Positions 23,376 to 32,089 of a DNA stretch of 33,265 nt are shown piece by piece. Both the position numbers and the translations under genes were made by a program. This DNA is from an uncultured Candidatus Saccharibacteria bacterium (lineage in GTDB: Bacteria; Patescibacteriota; Minisyncoccia; Phycocordibacterales; CAIZLB01). Location: NCBI GenBank assembly GCA_964443365.1, contig CAYUCM010000002.1:1-33265 (forward strand). Reading direction: 5' to 3'. The notes under the pieces were generated by a model. That model had not been told where the DNA came from, searched no databases, and was given only the letters and a program-made list of their open reading frames with translations. Within the stretch, counting starts at the first letter, position 1, and the number at the start of each line of letters is the position of its first letter.

Positions 23376-24209
23376 TTATCTTTTCTTTGATTTAGCACTC
23401 TTGCTTTTTACGCTTTTAATTCTAGGCTTTTTCTTAACTATATTTAACGATTGGCAAATTCCGCGTAAATCTTCTGCCTGCCAACTAGCTCTTCCAATAA
23501 GTAATCCATCTACCTCTCCATTAAATACCAAATCTTGTGCATTATCCACCGTTACAGAACCTCCATATACAATTTTAACAATATTAGCAATACTTTCTCC
23601 CCAATTATCCTTCAAAAACTTTCTAATTAAAATAACGATTTGATGAACCTCATGCGCAGAAATAGCATTATTTCTTGCACTATTAACTGCCCAGAGTGGC
23701 TCATATGCAATAACCAAATTAGCAAACTGCTGACGAGATGTATAAACCAACACTTCTTTTAATTGATTCTTAATGACAGTTAAATACTCTGCATCAGAAT
23801 CTCTTTCAGATTCACCAACACATACAATCCCCGTCATTCCAACAGCCAATACCTTTTGCAATTTTTGTGCAATTAACGATGCATCCTCCCCTTGGGCCCG
23901 TCTTTCAGAATGTCCAACTATAGTATAAGAAACACCAGAACTTTTTAGCATAGATGCAGAAACCTCTCCCGTATGAGCACCGGAATCAAATTTTGAAACA
24001 TCTTGAGAACCAATCTTAATTTTACCCTTAGGTCCGCCTGCCATCATAGATAATGGCACAATAAATGGAGCGGGTGGACAAATAACAGTTTCCGTCATCT
24101 TTAACTTATCAACTCCGCGTTTAATGACCGCCATTTTGGCCTTAGCCTCCGCTAATGTATCAGGAGTAGTCTTCCAATTTGCTATTACTAAAATTTTTTT
24201 TGGTTTCAT
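23376..24209 (-). CDS. tpiA: Triosephosphate isomerase with a Lys-rich C-terminal tail
   Basis: IANWK, VGHSERR, AYEPLWA(I) and YGGSV motifs are present. The track start is a TTG (24215), and the ATG at 24209 gives MKPKKILVIANWK. The tail reads KKKPRIKSVKSKSAKSKKR. Confidence 0.93.
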   Translation of the reverse strand: MKPKKILVIANWKTTPDTLAEAKAKMAVIKRGVDKLKMTETVICPPAPFIVPLSMMAGGPKGKIKIGSQDVSKFDSGAHTGEVSASMLKSSGVSYTIVGHSERRAQGEDASLIAQKLQKVLAVGMTGIVCVGESERDSDAEYLTVIKNQLKEVLVYTSRQQFANLVIAYEPLWAVNSARNNAISAHEVHQIVILIRKFLKDNWGESIANIVKIVYGGSVTVDNAQDLVFNGEVDGLLIGRASWQAEDLRGICQSLNIVKKKPRIKSVKSKSAKSKKR

Positions 24210-24258
24210 AAACAAATTATACCAAAAAGCTGAGATAACAGTATCTTTACATTTTTTA

Positions 24259-25392
24259 TTAAATCTCTCTTAAATTTTCCAAACTCCACCTAGTAGATGT
24301 ACTAGAGTTAAAATTCATATTAATTAAGGTATTGTCGAAGGTTATGCTAGCGCTATTTCTCATATATAGATAATTTGCATAAACACCTTTGGTGCTAGCA
24401 CTATTTGTAAGATAAACCGCACCATATGGAGCTAATATAACAGCGCCAACATAAGCTGAGTTTTCCAATTTAACAGCTGGCGGATTTACATTCGTACAAT
24501 TTAAATTTGAACATCCGCTAGTATTTTGAGTTATTAATATAATATTACTTGAATTATGTCCACTTCCGCCAAGATATGAGGAATTACCAATATCAATTCT
24601 ACCATCAACAACAATAGTTTCAGACTTCACCCCGTATGTAGAATTTAATCGCAAAACAGAAGAATTAGACATTGTTAAATTACCAGTCACATAAAGAGGA
24701 CCGTTCAATGTTAGAACAGAGGAATTGGTAATTGTTAAATTGCCAACAATTTTTAAAGAACCCACTGTTGATGTTGCAACACTAGAATAAGTTTTATTAC
24801 CATTAATTATAACTCCCGTACTAGCCTGATTTTTGTAATTTGTAATATCAGCATCAGAAATTGGCATATTAACAGAGGATGTAGCAGAAGAATAAACGCC
24901 ATTAATTTGAGAACTACCAGTTGAAACCTTACCACCCAAAGAAAATACATTTCCATTAACAACAGATGAATTTTCCATTCTAACTCCCCCGGCGCCAGTC
25001 CAAACACCATAATTAAATGCAACCGTTCTATTTGGACTAATTAAAGCAGTAATAGTCTTTCTAACAAAAGACCCGTTATCACTACTTGAGACAACTTGTT
25101 TTGTTGTTAGATCCAAATCACTAATCAAAGCAGAAGTGTTACCCAAAACAGAAAATCCCAAAACGGCTGGTACATTTTTATTATTATTTAATCGATATAA
25201 AATTTCTTCACTGGCAGTTTCAGAATTAACAAGAACCTGTCTTGACGATAGATAATCTGAAGACCCTCTGATTTGATCAGCAACAGGAATAGATAAACCT
25301 AATAAGATTAAGGTCGCGATAGTAACAGACAATAAAACCGCAAGCAATATTGTTTGTCCTGATTCGTAATTAATTTTAGGATTATTTTTCAT
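24259..25392 (-). CDS. PilX-like N-terminal anchor fused to an Asn/Ser/Thr-rich beta-helix-like repeat domain (candidate pilus-associated adhesin or minor pilin)
   Basis: The N-terminus ESGQTILLAVLLSVTIATLILLGL resembles the PilX N-terminal helix. The body contains repeats such as GNLTITNSSVLTLNGPLYVTGNLTMSNSSVLRLNS. It is the last gene of the pilin block, 3 nt after the preceding pilin. Confidence 0.55.
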   Translation of the reverse strand: MKNNPKINYESGQTILLAVLLSVTIATLILLGLSIPVADQIRGSSDYLSSRQVLVNSETASEEILYRLNNNKNVPAVLGFSVLGNTSALISDLDLTTKQVVSSSDNGSFVRKTITALISPNRTVAFNYGVWTGAGGVRMENSSVVNGNVFSLGGKVSTGSSQINGVYSSATSSVNMPISDADITNYKNQASTGVIINGNKTYSSVATSTVGSLKIVGNLTITNSSVLTLNGPLYVTGNLTMSNSSVLRLNSTYGVKSETIVVDGRIDIGNSSYLGGSGHNSSNIILITQNTSGCSNLNCTNVNPPAVKLENSAYVGAVILAPYGAVYLTNSASTKGVYANYLYMRNSASITFDNTLINMNFNSSTSTRWSLENLREI

Positions 25393-25395
25393 ATT

Positions 25396-25929
25396 TTATC
25401 TCAATATATAAGAGTTATAAAAAGCCTTAGACATATATTCAGCGGAACTGGACGCGTTATCAATTGACAACTCAACCTTAAAACCATTGATGGTTGAAGT
25501 GGACATGTTTTTAAACATCAACTTTGTAACATTAGATTCAGCAAGAGTAATGGGCCCAAGAACAGATCCATTTTGTGCCATAACAACTCGTCCGCTTTCT
25601 AAATAAAACTTTGTAGTTGTAGATTCAGTTCCCTCATTATTAAACTCAATCATTGCAATTGAACCAGAATTATCTTCAAAAACAGTATCTGCCATCTCTA
25701 TTTTGGTTGAAACAGATGCTATTTCGCTAATCTTATTCATTACATTAATTGCCGATCGCTCAATTCCCCTATTACTTTTTAGCATTGAATATGTATGTGA
25801 GGCCTGATCAATTAAAAATATCAAAGACGCTAAAATAATTGTCATCAATGCAATATAAATAACGGTTTCAAGTAGAGAAAAACCCTTATTATTAAACCTG
25901 TTTTTAATTTTGCAAGATAAAAATTTCAT
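25396..25929 (-). CDS. Type IV prepilin-like protein
   Basis: NKG|FSLLETVIYIALMTIIL is a prepilin cleavage/methylation motif with Glu at +5. Confidence 0.8.
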   Translation of the reverse strand: MKFLSCKIKNRFNNKGFSLLETVIYIALMTIILASLIFLIDQASHTYSMLKSNRGIERSAINVMNKISEIASVSTKIEMADTVFEDNSGSIAMIEFNNEGTESTTTKFYLESGRVVMAQNGSVLGPITLAESNVTKLMFKNMSTSTINGFKVELSIDNASSSAEYMSKAFYNSYILR

Positions 25930-25931
25930 AA

Positions 25932-26429
25932 TTAATTATTATATATATTGTATATGTAAGAAGTCATTGTCTTTGTACTCGTACCAAATCCAGAATTCCA
26001 AGAAATATTTACAGTAAATTTTCTAGTACCCAAATCAATAACACCACCAGATGTTACAATATCAAAACTCACAGCGTCTCTTCTGGCTTCGCTTAGAGTA
26101 AATGTTCTTACAAAATTATTATCGATTGAACTAATTGTCGTAGTTGAAACCCAAGAATTCAAAGTATCATTCCAAACCAATCCATATTCTACTCCATTGT
26201 TTAAGCTACTGATGTTTTGCCAAGATGAATTTCTAATATTTTGAATTGCTGTCACACCCTCTTCTGCAAGCATTCCTGCCTGAACTCGCCCCGTAGAGCT
26301 TAGCCCTATTTTACTTATACCAGCTTCAAGATTAACAATTAAAATCAAGGACAAACAAATGATGCTTGAGCCGACAAGAACTTCGACCAAACTAAAACCT
26401 TTTTTATTTTTTAATTTATGTAAAATCAT
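25932..26429 (-). CDS. Type IV prepilin-like protein
   Basis: KKG|FSLVEVLVGSSII is a prepilin motif with Glu at +5. Confidence 0.8.
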   Translation of the reverse strand: MILHKLKNKKGFSLVEVLVGSSIICLSLILIVNLEAGISKIGLSSTGRVQAGMLAEEGVTAIQNIRNSSWQNISSLNNGVEYGLVWNDTLNSWVSTTTISSIDNNFVRTFTLSEARRDAVSFDIVTSGGVIDLGTRKFTVNISWNSGFGTSTKTMTSYIYNIYNN

Positions 26430-26430
26430 T

Positions 26431-26913
26431 TTAATTTGATTCTATTATACCAGTTCCAAAAATTGTTATGGTCTTTGAGTGATTCTTTCCTGTAACTGAA
26501 ATTGTACCGGTTGCATTAGGGGCGCCTGTTATTTTTGTAAAATGAATTTCTTTTTTAGAACCAGTAAGGGAAATATTTCTTAATTCAACACTATTTTCTA
26601 ATGTATACACACTCAACACATTACCTGATGCAAAAGAAGTGCCAGCATATGATGTAACTGTACTTGTAGCAAATACAACACCATAAGATGAATCATTTTT
26701 TCTATTAAGCGACATGCCCTTAACCTTTTCAATCATGGAAACAATAGAATCAGTATCTTTGGAAACCGCGTGTTTATCTCTTAAGGTAAAAAAGCTTGTC
26801 ACGGCAATCAGAGAAAGTATTGCGGAGATAGCGATGATGGCGGTAATTTCAACCAGACTCATTCCCCCTTCCTGTTTCTGCATTTTTGTTTTTTTAGCGA
26901 TTTTAAAGTTCAT
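26431..26913 (-). CDS. Type IV prepilin-like protein (first pilin after pilC, so a candidate major pilin)
   Basis: QEGG|MSLVEITAIIAISAIL is a prepilin motif with Glu at +5. Confidence 0.8.
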   Translation of the reverse strand: MNFKIAKKTKMQKQEGGMSLVEITAIIAISAILSLIAVTSFFTLRDKHAVSKDTDSIVSMIEKVKGMSLNRKNDSSYGVVFATSTVTSYAGTSFASGNVLSVYTLENSVELRNISLTGSKKEIHFTKITGAPNATGTISVTGKNHSKTITIFGTGIIESN

Positions 26914-26917
26914 AATT

Positions 26918-28126
26918 TTATATATTATTCATTACAGAATACATTGGAGTAATCATCGATATAGCAAAGAATCCAACTGCTCCTCCAATAAACACCATAA
27001 GTACTGGTTCAATTATAGTAGAAAGATCTTTGGTTTTTTGTTCAACTTCATTTTCGTAAAAATTAGCAACACCCAAAAGCATTGATGCTAATTTTCCAGT
27101 TTCTTCACCAACACTAACCATTTCTGCAACAAAAAGAGGGTACAGCTTGGACTCTTCTTCAAAAACCTTCCCCATAGATTCACCCCTCTCAACAACGGTT
27201 TCAATCTTTTTTAAAACCCTCTTGTAATTACCATTTTGTACAACCTCGCCAGTTATTTTTACAGCAGAAACAATATCAACACCGGAAGATAAAAGAGAGG
27301 ATAGTGTTCTTGCGGTTCTTGCTGAATTACTTTCTCTAACAATTGGAGCAATAACTGGTAATTTCAAGACCAATGCATCAAAAATATTTTTACCAAGAGA
27401 TGTTTTTACAAAATAAAATACACCAATTAGAATCGCAAAAAACAGTCCGAACGATAAGAATATATGAGCTGATAAGAAATCACTGATGGCAATAATAAAT
27501 TTAGTACTCATCGGCAATTCAGTTTTCAAATCCTTGAATGTCTTAGTTAATCTTGGAACCACATAAGTCATCATTAAAATTCCAATAATTATCATTACAA
27601 TAAATATTATAGAAGGATACATCATTGCTCCCTTAACTTTTTTCTGTAGCAAATACGTCTTCTCCATTTGAGTAGAAACATCTTTTAGCGATTGAGAAAG
27701 GTTTCCAGATTCTTCTCCAGCTCTTACCATTGATACAAAGATAGATGGAAAGACTTTAGGAAATTCAGCCAAAGCCTCGTGAAAAGTATTTCCTCCAGAT
27801 ATAGATGCATTTATTTTAGCAAAAATACTTTTTAATTTTACATTACCTGATTGTCTTTCAGAAACACTCAAAGCCCTAGATAAAGAAAGTCCGGCCTCAA
27901 GCATGTTTGCGGTATTTCTTGCAAAAGTTATTTTATCTATTGTTTTTATTCTAGAAAATAAACTAAACTGCAACGGTTTTTTTAAAGCAGACACGCCCTC
28001 TTTGACAGAAACAAGCGTATCGCCGGTCTTTTTAAATTCATTAAAAAACTCTGATTTACTACCCACGTCAATATCACCAGTGTACTTATTTCCCTCTTTA
28101 TTAATTGCTGTGTAAAAATATTTCAT
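26918..28126 (-). CDS. pilC: Type IV pilus platform protein PilC (GspF family)
   Basis: Two GspF-type repeats and three TM regions. The N-terminus MKYFYTAINKEGNKYTGDI is PilC-like. The track start at 28159 is a GTG, and the ATG at 28126 is preferred. Confidence 0.9.
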   Translation of the reverse strand: MKYFYTAINKEGNKYTGDIDVGSKSEFFNEFKKTGDTLVSVKEGVSALKKPLQFSLFSRIKTIDKITFARNTANMLEAGLSLSRALSVSERQSGNVKLKSIFAKINASISGGNTFHEALAEFPKVFPSIFVSMVRAGEESGNLSQSLKDVSTQMEKTYLLQKKVKGAMMYPSIIFIVMIIIGILMMTYVVPRLTKTFKDLKTELPMSTKFIIAISDFLSAHIFLSFGLFFAILIGVFYFVKTSLGKNIFDALVLKLPVIAPIVRESNSARTARTLSSLLSSGVDIVSAVKITGEVVQNGNYKRVLKKIETVVERGESMGKVFEEESKLYPLFVAEMVSVGEETGKLASMLLGVANFYENEVEQKTKDLSTIIEPVLMVFIGGAVGFFAISMITPMYSVMNNI

Positions 28127-28183
28127 AATTTTGACGAATAACACCATGCCCCATCGCACCCAACAGAATCCACAAATAAAACA

Positions 28184-29953
28184 TTATTCTGATGATGCAA
28201 CTCTCAGAATTTCTTCTATTGATGTGTGACCCTGAACCGCTTTGAAAATTCCATCTTCAAACATTGTAAGCATCCCCTCCTTTTTTGCCTGATCCTGCAA
28301 TTGATCAGATGTGGAGTCTTTCATAATCATATCTTTGATTGTTGATGTAACCTTCAAAACTTCATGTATACCAATTCTACCCTTGTATCCATCAATACTT
28401 TCTGTATTTGGAACAGGTTTATAAAAATTAATCTTTGACCAATCAGCGTCTTCTGGAATAATTTTTTCTGATTTAAGAGATGCTAAAACTCTTTCCAAAT
28501 TAGCGTATTTACCAAGAGATTCTATTTGCTCTTTGCTTGGTAAATATTTTTCCTTTGCTGATGACAGCTCTCTAACCAATCTTTGTGCAATAATGATTTT
28601 TATAGTAGACACCAGAAGAAATGGTTCACACTTCATATCAACCAAACGAGGAATGGCGCCCGCCGCTGAGTTTGTGTGCAAAGTAGAAAGAACCAAGTGC
28701 CCAGTTAGGGACGCGTTGATTGCCAAAGAAGCCGTTTCATTATCTCTAATTTCCCCGACCATTATAATATCAGGGTCTTGTCTTAGAAGCGATCTAAGTC
28801 CAGATGCAAAAGTTAAACCGATTTCAGGTTTTACTTGAGTTTGATTAACTCTATTCATTTGATATTCAACAGGGTCTTCAACAGTAGAAATGTTTACATC
28901 GGGCTGATTCAATATATCCAAAAGAGTATAAAGAGTTGTTGTCTTTCCGGATCCAGTTGGTCCAGTTGTTAAAATCAAACCTTCAGAGTATCCAGATGCT
29001 TCATGAATAAGTTCAAGATTTCTTCCATGAAAACCAAGGTGCTCAAGGGTAAAACCAGAAGCATTTTCTCTAAGTAAACGCATTACTGTCTTTTCTCCAT
29101 AGTACGTTGGCAAAACAGACACACGAAACGAAACATGCTCTCCATTTAATTCTATTTTAAATCTACCATCTTGTGGTAAACGTTTTTCATCAAGCTTAAG
29201 ACTTGAGAGAACCTTAATTCTGGCCGTAACTGATGGTCCAATATTTTTAGGAAGCACCATGGCATCATGTAACATTCCATCAATTCTATATCTAACAATC
29301 ACATCGTTTTCCATTTGTTCAATATGAATATCGGAAGCACCTTGCAAAATAGCATGTTTCAACAGAGTATCAACAATTCTCACAACAGGAAGATCATCAG
29401 CTAATTTACGAAGGTCCTCCCCACTTGTATCGTCAATTGTCCCCACCCCCTCTTTAATACCTGTAATACCCTTCAAAGCCGAGACCTCTTGCTGAATTAT
29501 ATCGCCAAAATCTGCCTTTAGACTTTTTTGATATTGAATTAGCGCTGACTTCATTGAATCAGTTGTTGTAAGTCTTGGGAGAATTTTAAGACCAGTTTTC
29601 TTTTTAACGAAATCAATAGCCGATAAATCCGCCGTATCAAGCATGGCAACCTCAAGAGAGTCCTCTCTTTTTCTAAAGGCAATAATATTATGTTTTCTTG
29701 CAATAGGTTCTGGAATCAAGGACAGAGTTTCAAACTCTAATTTTTGCCCACTAATATCAATAAAAGGAATTCCTAAGATATAGGATTGCATTCTTCTATA
29801 GTCATCTGCGGAAATTTTTCCAGAATTTACCAATAATTCTCCAAGAGATTTATTTTCAGAAATAGATTTTTTCTGCACTTCTTCCAAGTCAGCACTTGAT
29901 ACAAGTCCTGAATCGATAACGAGTTTTTTCAACTGATTAGGATCGATAATCAT
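28184..29953 (-). CDS. pilB: Type IV pilus assembly ATPase PilB (GspE family)
   Basis: Walker A GPTGSGKTTT, Asp box, Walker B IIMVGEIRD and His box are present. The track start at 29974 is a TTG, and the ATG at 29953 gives MIIDPNQLKKL. Confidence 0.93.
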   Translation of the reverse strand: MIIDPNQLKKLVIDSGLVSSADLEEVQKKSISENKSLGELLVNSGKISADDYRRMQSYILGIPFIDISGQKLEFETLSLIPEPIARKHNIIAFRKREDSLEVAMLDTADLSAIDFVKKKTGLKILPRLTTTDSMKSALIQYQKSLKADFGDIIQQEVSALKGITGIKEGVGTIDDTSGEDLRKLADDLPVVRIVDTLLKHAILQGASDIHIEQMENDVIVRYRIDGMLHDAMVLPKNIGPSVTARIKVLSSLKLDEKRLPQDGRFKIELNGEHVSFRVSVLPTYYGEKTVMRLLRENASGFTLEHLGFHGRNLELIHEASGYSEGLILTTGPTGSGKTTTLYTLLDILNQPDVNISTVEDPVEYQMNRVNQTQVKPEIGLTFASGLRSLLRQDPDIIMVGEIRDNETASLAINASLTGHLVLSTLHTNSAAGAIPRLVDMKCEPFLLVSTIKIIIAQRLVRELSSAKEKYLPSKEQIESLGKYANLERVLASLKSEKIIPEDADWSKINFYKPVPNTESIDGYKGRIGIHEVLKVTSTIKDMIMKDSTSDQLQDQAKKEGMLTMFEDGIFKAVQGHTSIEEILRVASSE

Positions 29954-30007
29954 TACATGAATTATATCATGCAAAAAAAATATATTCTATAAAAAACAGT
30001 GAAAAAA

Positions 30008-31816
30008 CTATTTAGTCTCGTAAGAATCTTTCTGTAGCTCAAATAATTTACGATAAATACCGTTGTTTACTTTCATTAAATTATCATGACTATCAAATTC
30101 TTTTAACCCACCATCTTCTATGACCATAATTCTGTCCGCATTCTTAACAGTGTTGAATCTATGTGAAATCAAAATAACAGTTTTGTCATTTGGAAGTTTT
30201 TCTAATTCACTAAAAATAGACATTTCAGCAACGGCGTCAATTGATGCTGTTGGCTCATCTAAAATCCAAATTTGAGGATTTTTATAAAACAATCTAGCAA
30301 GAGCTAACTTTTGCCATTGACCAACTGATGGCTCAACCCCACCCTCAAATTCTTTACCCAAATGCGTATCATAGCCATTTTCCCATTCTGCTATAAATTC
30401 ATGGGCTCCAGACTTTTTAGCTGATTCAATAACTCTTTCAATATCCAATTCAATTTCCGTATTACCAAGAGCGATAGCTTCTTTAACCGGCAATTTATAT
30501 TTTGCATACTCCTGAGAAAGATAGCCGATTCTATTGTAATAGTCAGATAAATCAATATTTTTAATGGAATTTCCACCAATTAAAATATCCCCAGATGTTA
30601 CATCATAAAATCTCATGATTAGCTTTGTTAATGTTGTTTTACCAGCACCGTTAACACCAACAATAGCAATCTTTTCTCCAGAATTAATTTTAAAATTTAA
30701 ATTTCCCAATATTAACTTGTTGGTATTTGGGTATGCAAAATCAACATTTTTAAATTCTACACTGGGAGTGCCGTCCTGTATTGAATCATGACCATTCTTA
30801 ATCACCTTCTTTGTATCAAGAAAGGTAAAGATATCAGTAACGAATTTATTATCTGCGCTTAACACAGAAAAACCTCTAAAAAACTCTGAAACGGTAGTTC
30901 TGGTTTCTGTAATTCTTCCTAAAAGAAATATAAAAGTACCAATTGCAAGTGCATTGGTTATCGCATCGTTCATTAGATACAAAACAATGAACGCTCCAAC
31001 GATGAACTCAAGTAGCATTGCGGCATTTTTAAATTTAGTTCTCTTGTTTTCATTATTGTTTATTTCAGAATTAAAAGAAGTAAGTAAACTACTCACAATA
31101 TCTTTAAAATAATTCTTGCTTTTAAAAATTTTGATTTCTGTTAAAGATGAAAGGGTAGAAAAGTATGAGGTGATTAAATAAAATTTTCTTTTAACTTCTG
31201 ATTTAGCACTCCAAATCCCCCATTTCTTATCACCAAATTTAACTTCCAACACAAGACTTGGAATTAAAGAAACTACCAACAACACAACCATCCACCATTT
31301 ATATGAGAATAATATGAAAAAGATAGCCACAAATTCAATTGTTAAAGCTAAGATATAAGTCATCCACTCAGCAAACCACAATGCCTTTTCTTCATTTTCA
31401 CCAACTCTCATTGCCAAATTATTAAAATCAGCGTCTTCATACGTTTGAACATCTACACTGTGCCTCTTTTCTATAAAAAGAAGGTGCATATATTGAGAAA
31501 AGAAGATATAGAATTTATTGAAGAAATATTGATACCAAACATGAGACATGCTTATAAGAAGTGGAATTATAAGATAAATACCCACAATCCAAATAATTTC
31601 TGGATCAAAAATGCCAGTCAAATTCCCCTCGGTTATTTTGTTGATAAACAAGGCTGAATACCAAGCAAGCACAAAAGGCAGAATCGACTTTATCAGAGTC
31701 AATGTAACTTCTATAGGTATATACTTCTTATCATAGGCCCAAATCAGCTTTATAATTCGGTAACAATTAGAGATAAGAGCAAACCTCTTTTTGGGAGTAT
31801 TTGTTTTTGATTGCAT
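30008..31816 (-). CDS. ABC exporter, fused TMD-NBD half-transporter (MsbA-like architecture)
   Basis: The N-terminal domain has six TM-like helices. Walker A is GVNGAGKTT, the signature variant is PSVGQWQKLALAR and Walker B is IWILDEPT. Confidence 0.9.
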   Translation of the reverse strand: MQSKTNTPKKRFALISNCYRIIKLIWAYDKKYIPIEVTLTLIKSILPFVLAWYSALFINKITEGNLTGIFDPEIIWIVGIYLIIPLLISMSHVWYQYFFNKFYIFFSQYMHLLFIEKRHSVDVQTYEDADFNNLAMRVGENEEKALWFAEWMTYILALTIEFVAIFFILFSYKWWMVVLLVVSLIPSLVLEVKFGDKKWGIWSAKSEVKRKFYLITSYFSTLSSLTEIKIFKSKNYFKDIVSSLLTSFNSEINNNENKRTKFKNAAMLLEFIVGAFIVLYLMNDAITNALAIGTFIFLLGRITETRTTVSEFFRGFSVLSADNKFVTDIFTFLDTKKVIKNGHDSIQDGTPSVEFKNVDFAYPNTNKLILGNLNFKINSGEKIAIVGVNGAGKTTLTKLIMRFYDVTSGDILIGGNSIKNIDLSDYYNRIGYLSQEYAKYKLPVKEAIALGNTEIELDIERVIESAKKSGAHEFIAEWENGYDTHLGKEFEGGVEPSVGQWQKLALARLFYKNPQIWILDEPTASIDAVAEMSIFSELEKLPNDKTVILISHRFNTVKNADRIMVIEDGGLKEFDSHDNLMKVNNGIYRKLFELQKDSYETK

Positions 31817-32031
31817 AATTTATATTTAGTTTGTTTTATTAATAGTAGTAAAAATATCTACGAACACCCCCACAAACACCCACACAGATTGATTAAATAA
31901 CATTAAATAACGTTGGGAAGAAAGCTTACAGCTCTCAAAAGGCATACTAATAATGTCGTTTGAAAGCTGAAAATATTACAGAATATAACAAGATAATGCT
32001 AAAACTACATATATTTACGTCATTTTTATGA

Positions 32032-32079
32032 AACTCTATATAGTTTGATAATATTTGCCTAACTCTATATAGTTTGATA
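32032..32079. promoter_or_regulatory. Two identical 19-bp direct repeats (AACTCTATATAGTTTGATA), a candidate operator pair for the HTH-Fic gene
   Basis: Copies lie at 32032-32050 and 32061-32079, 29 bp start to start. Each contains the 8-bp palindrome CTATATAG. The second copy fills the promoter spacer and overlaps the -10. Confidence 0.6.
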
Positions 32080-32083
32080 TACT
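32055..32083 (+). promoter_or_regulatory. Promoter in leaderless geometry for the HTH-Fic gene
   Basis: TTGCCT (32055-32060), 17 nt, TATACT (32078-32083), 6 nt, then the ATG at 32090. Confidence 0.5.
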
Positions 32084-32089
32084 GTAAAA

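Noticed and set aside
31892-31911. Tandem 2 x 10-bp repeat (ATTAAATAAC) in the ABC/fic divergent spacer.
   Set aside because: It is short and AT-rich, and is likely a chance or slippage product. It has no positional relation to a start or promoter that I can define.
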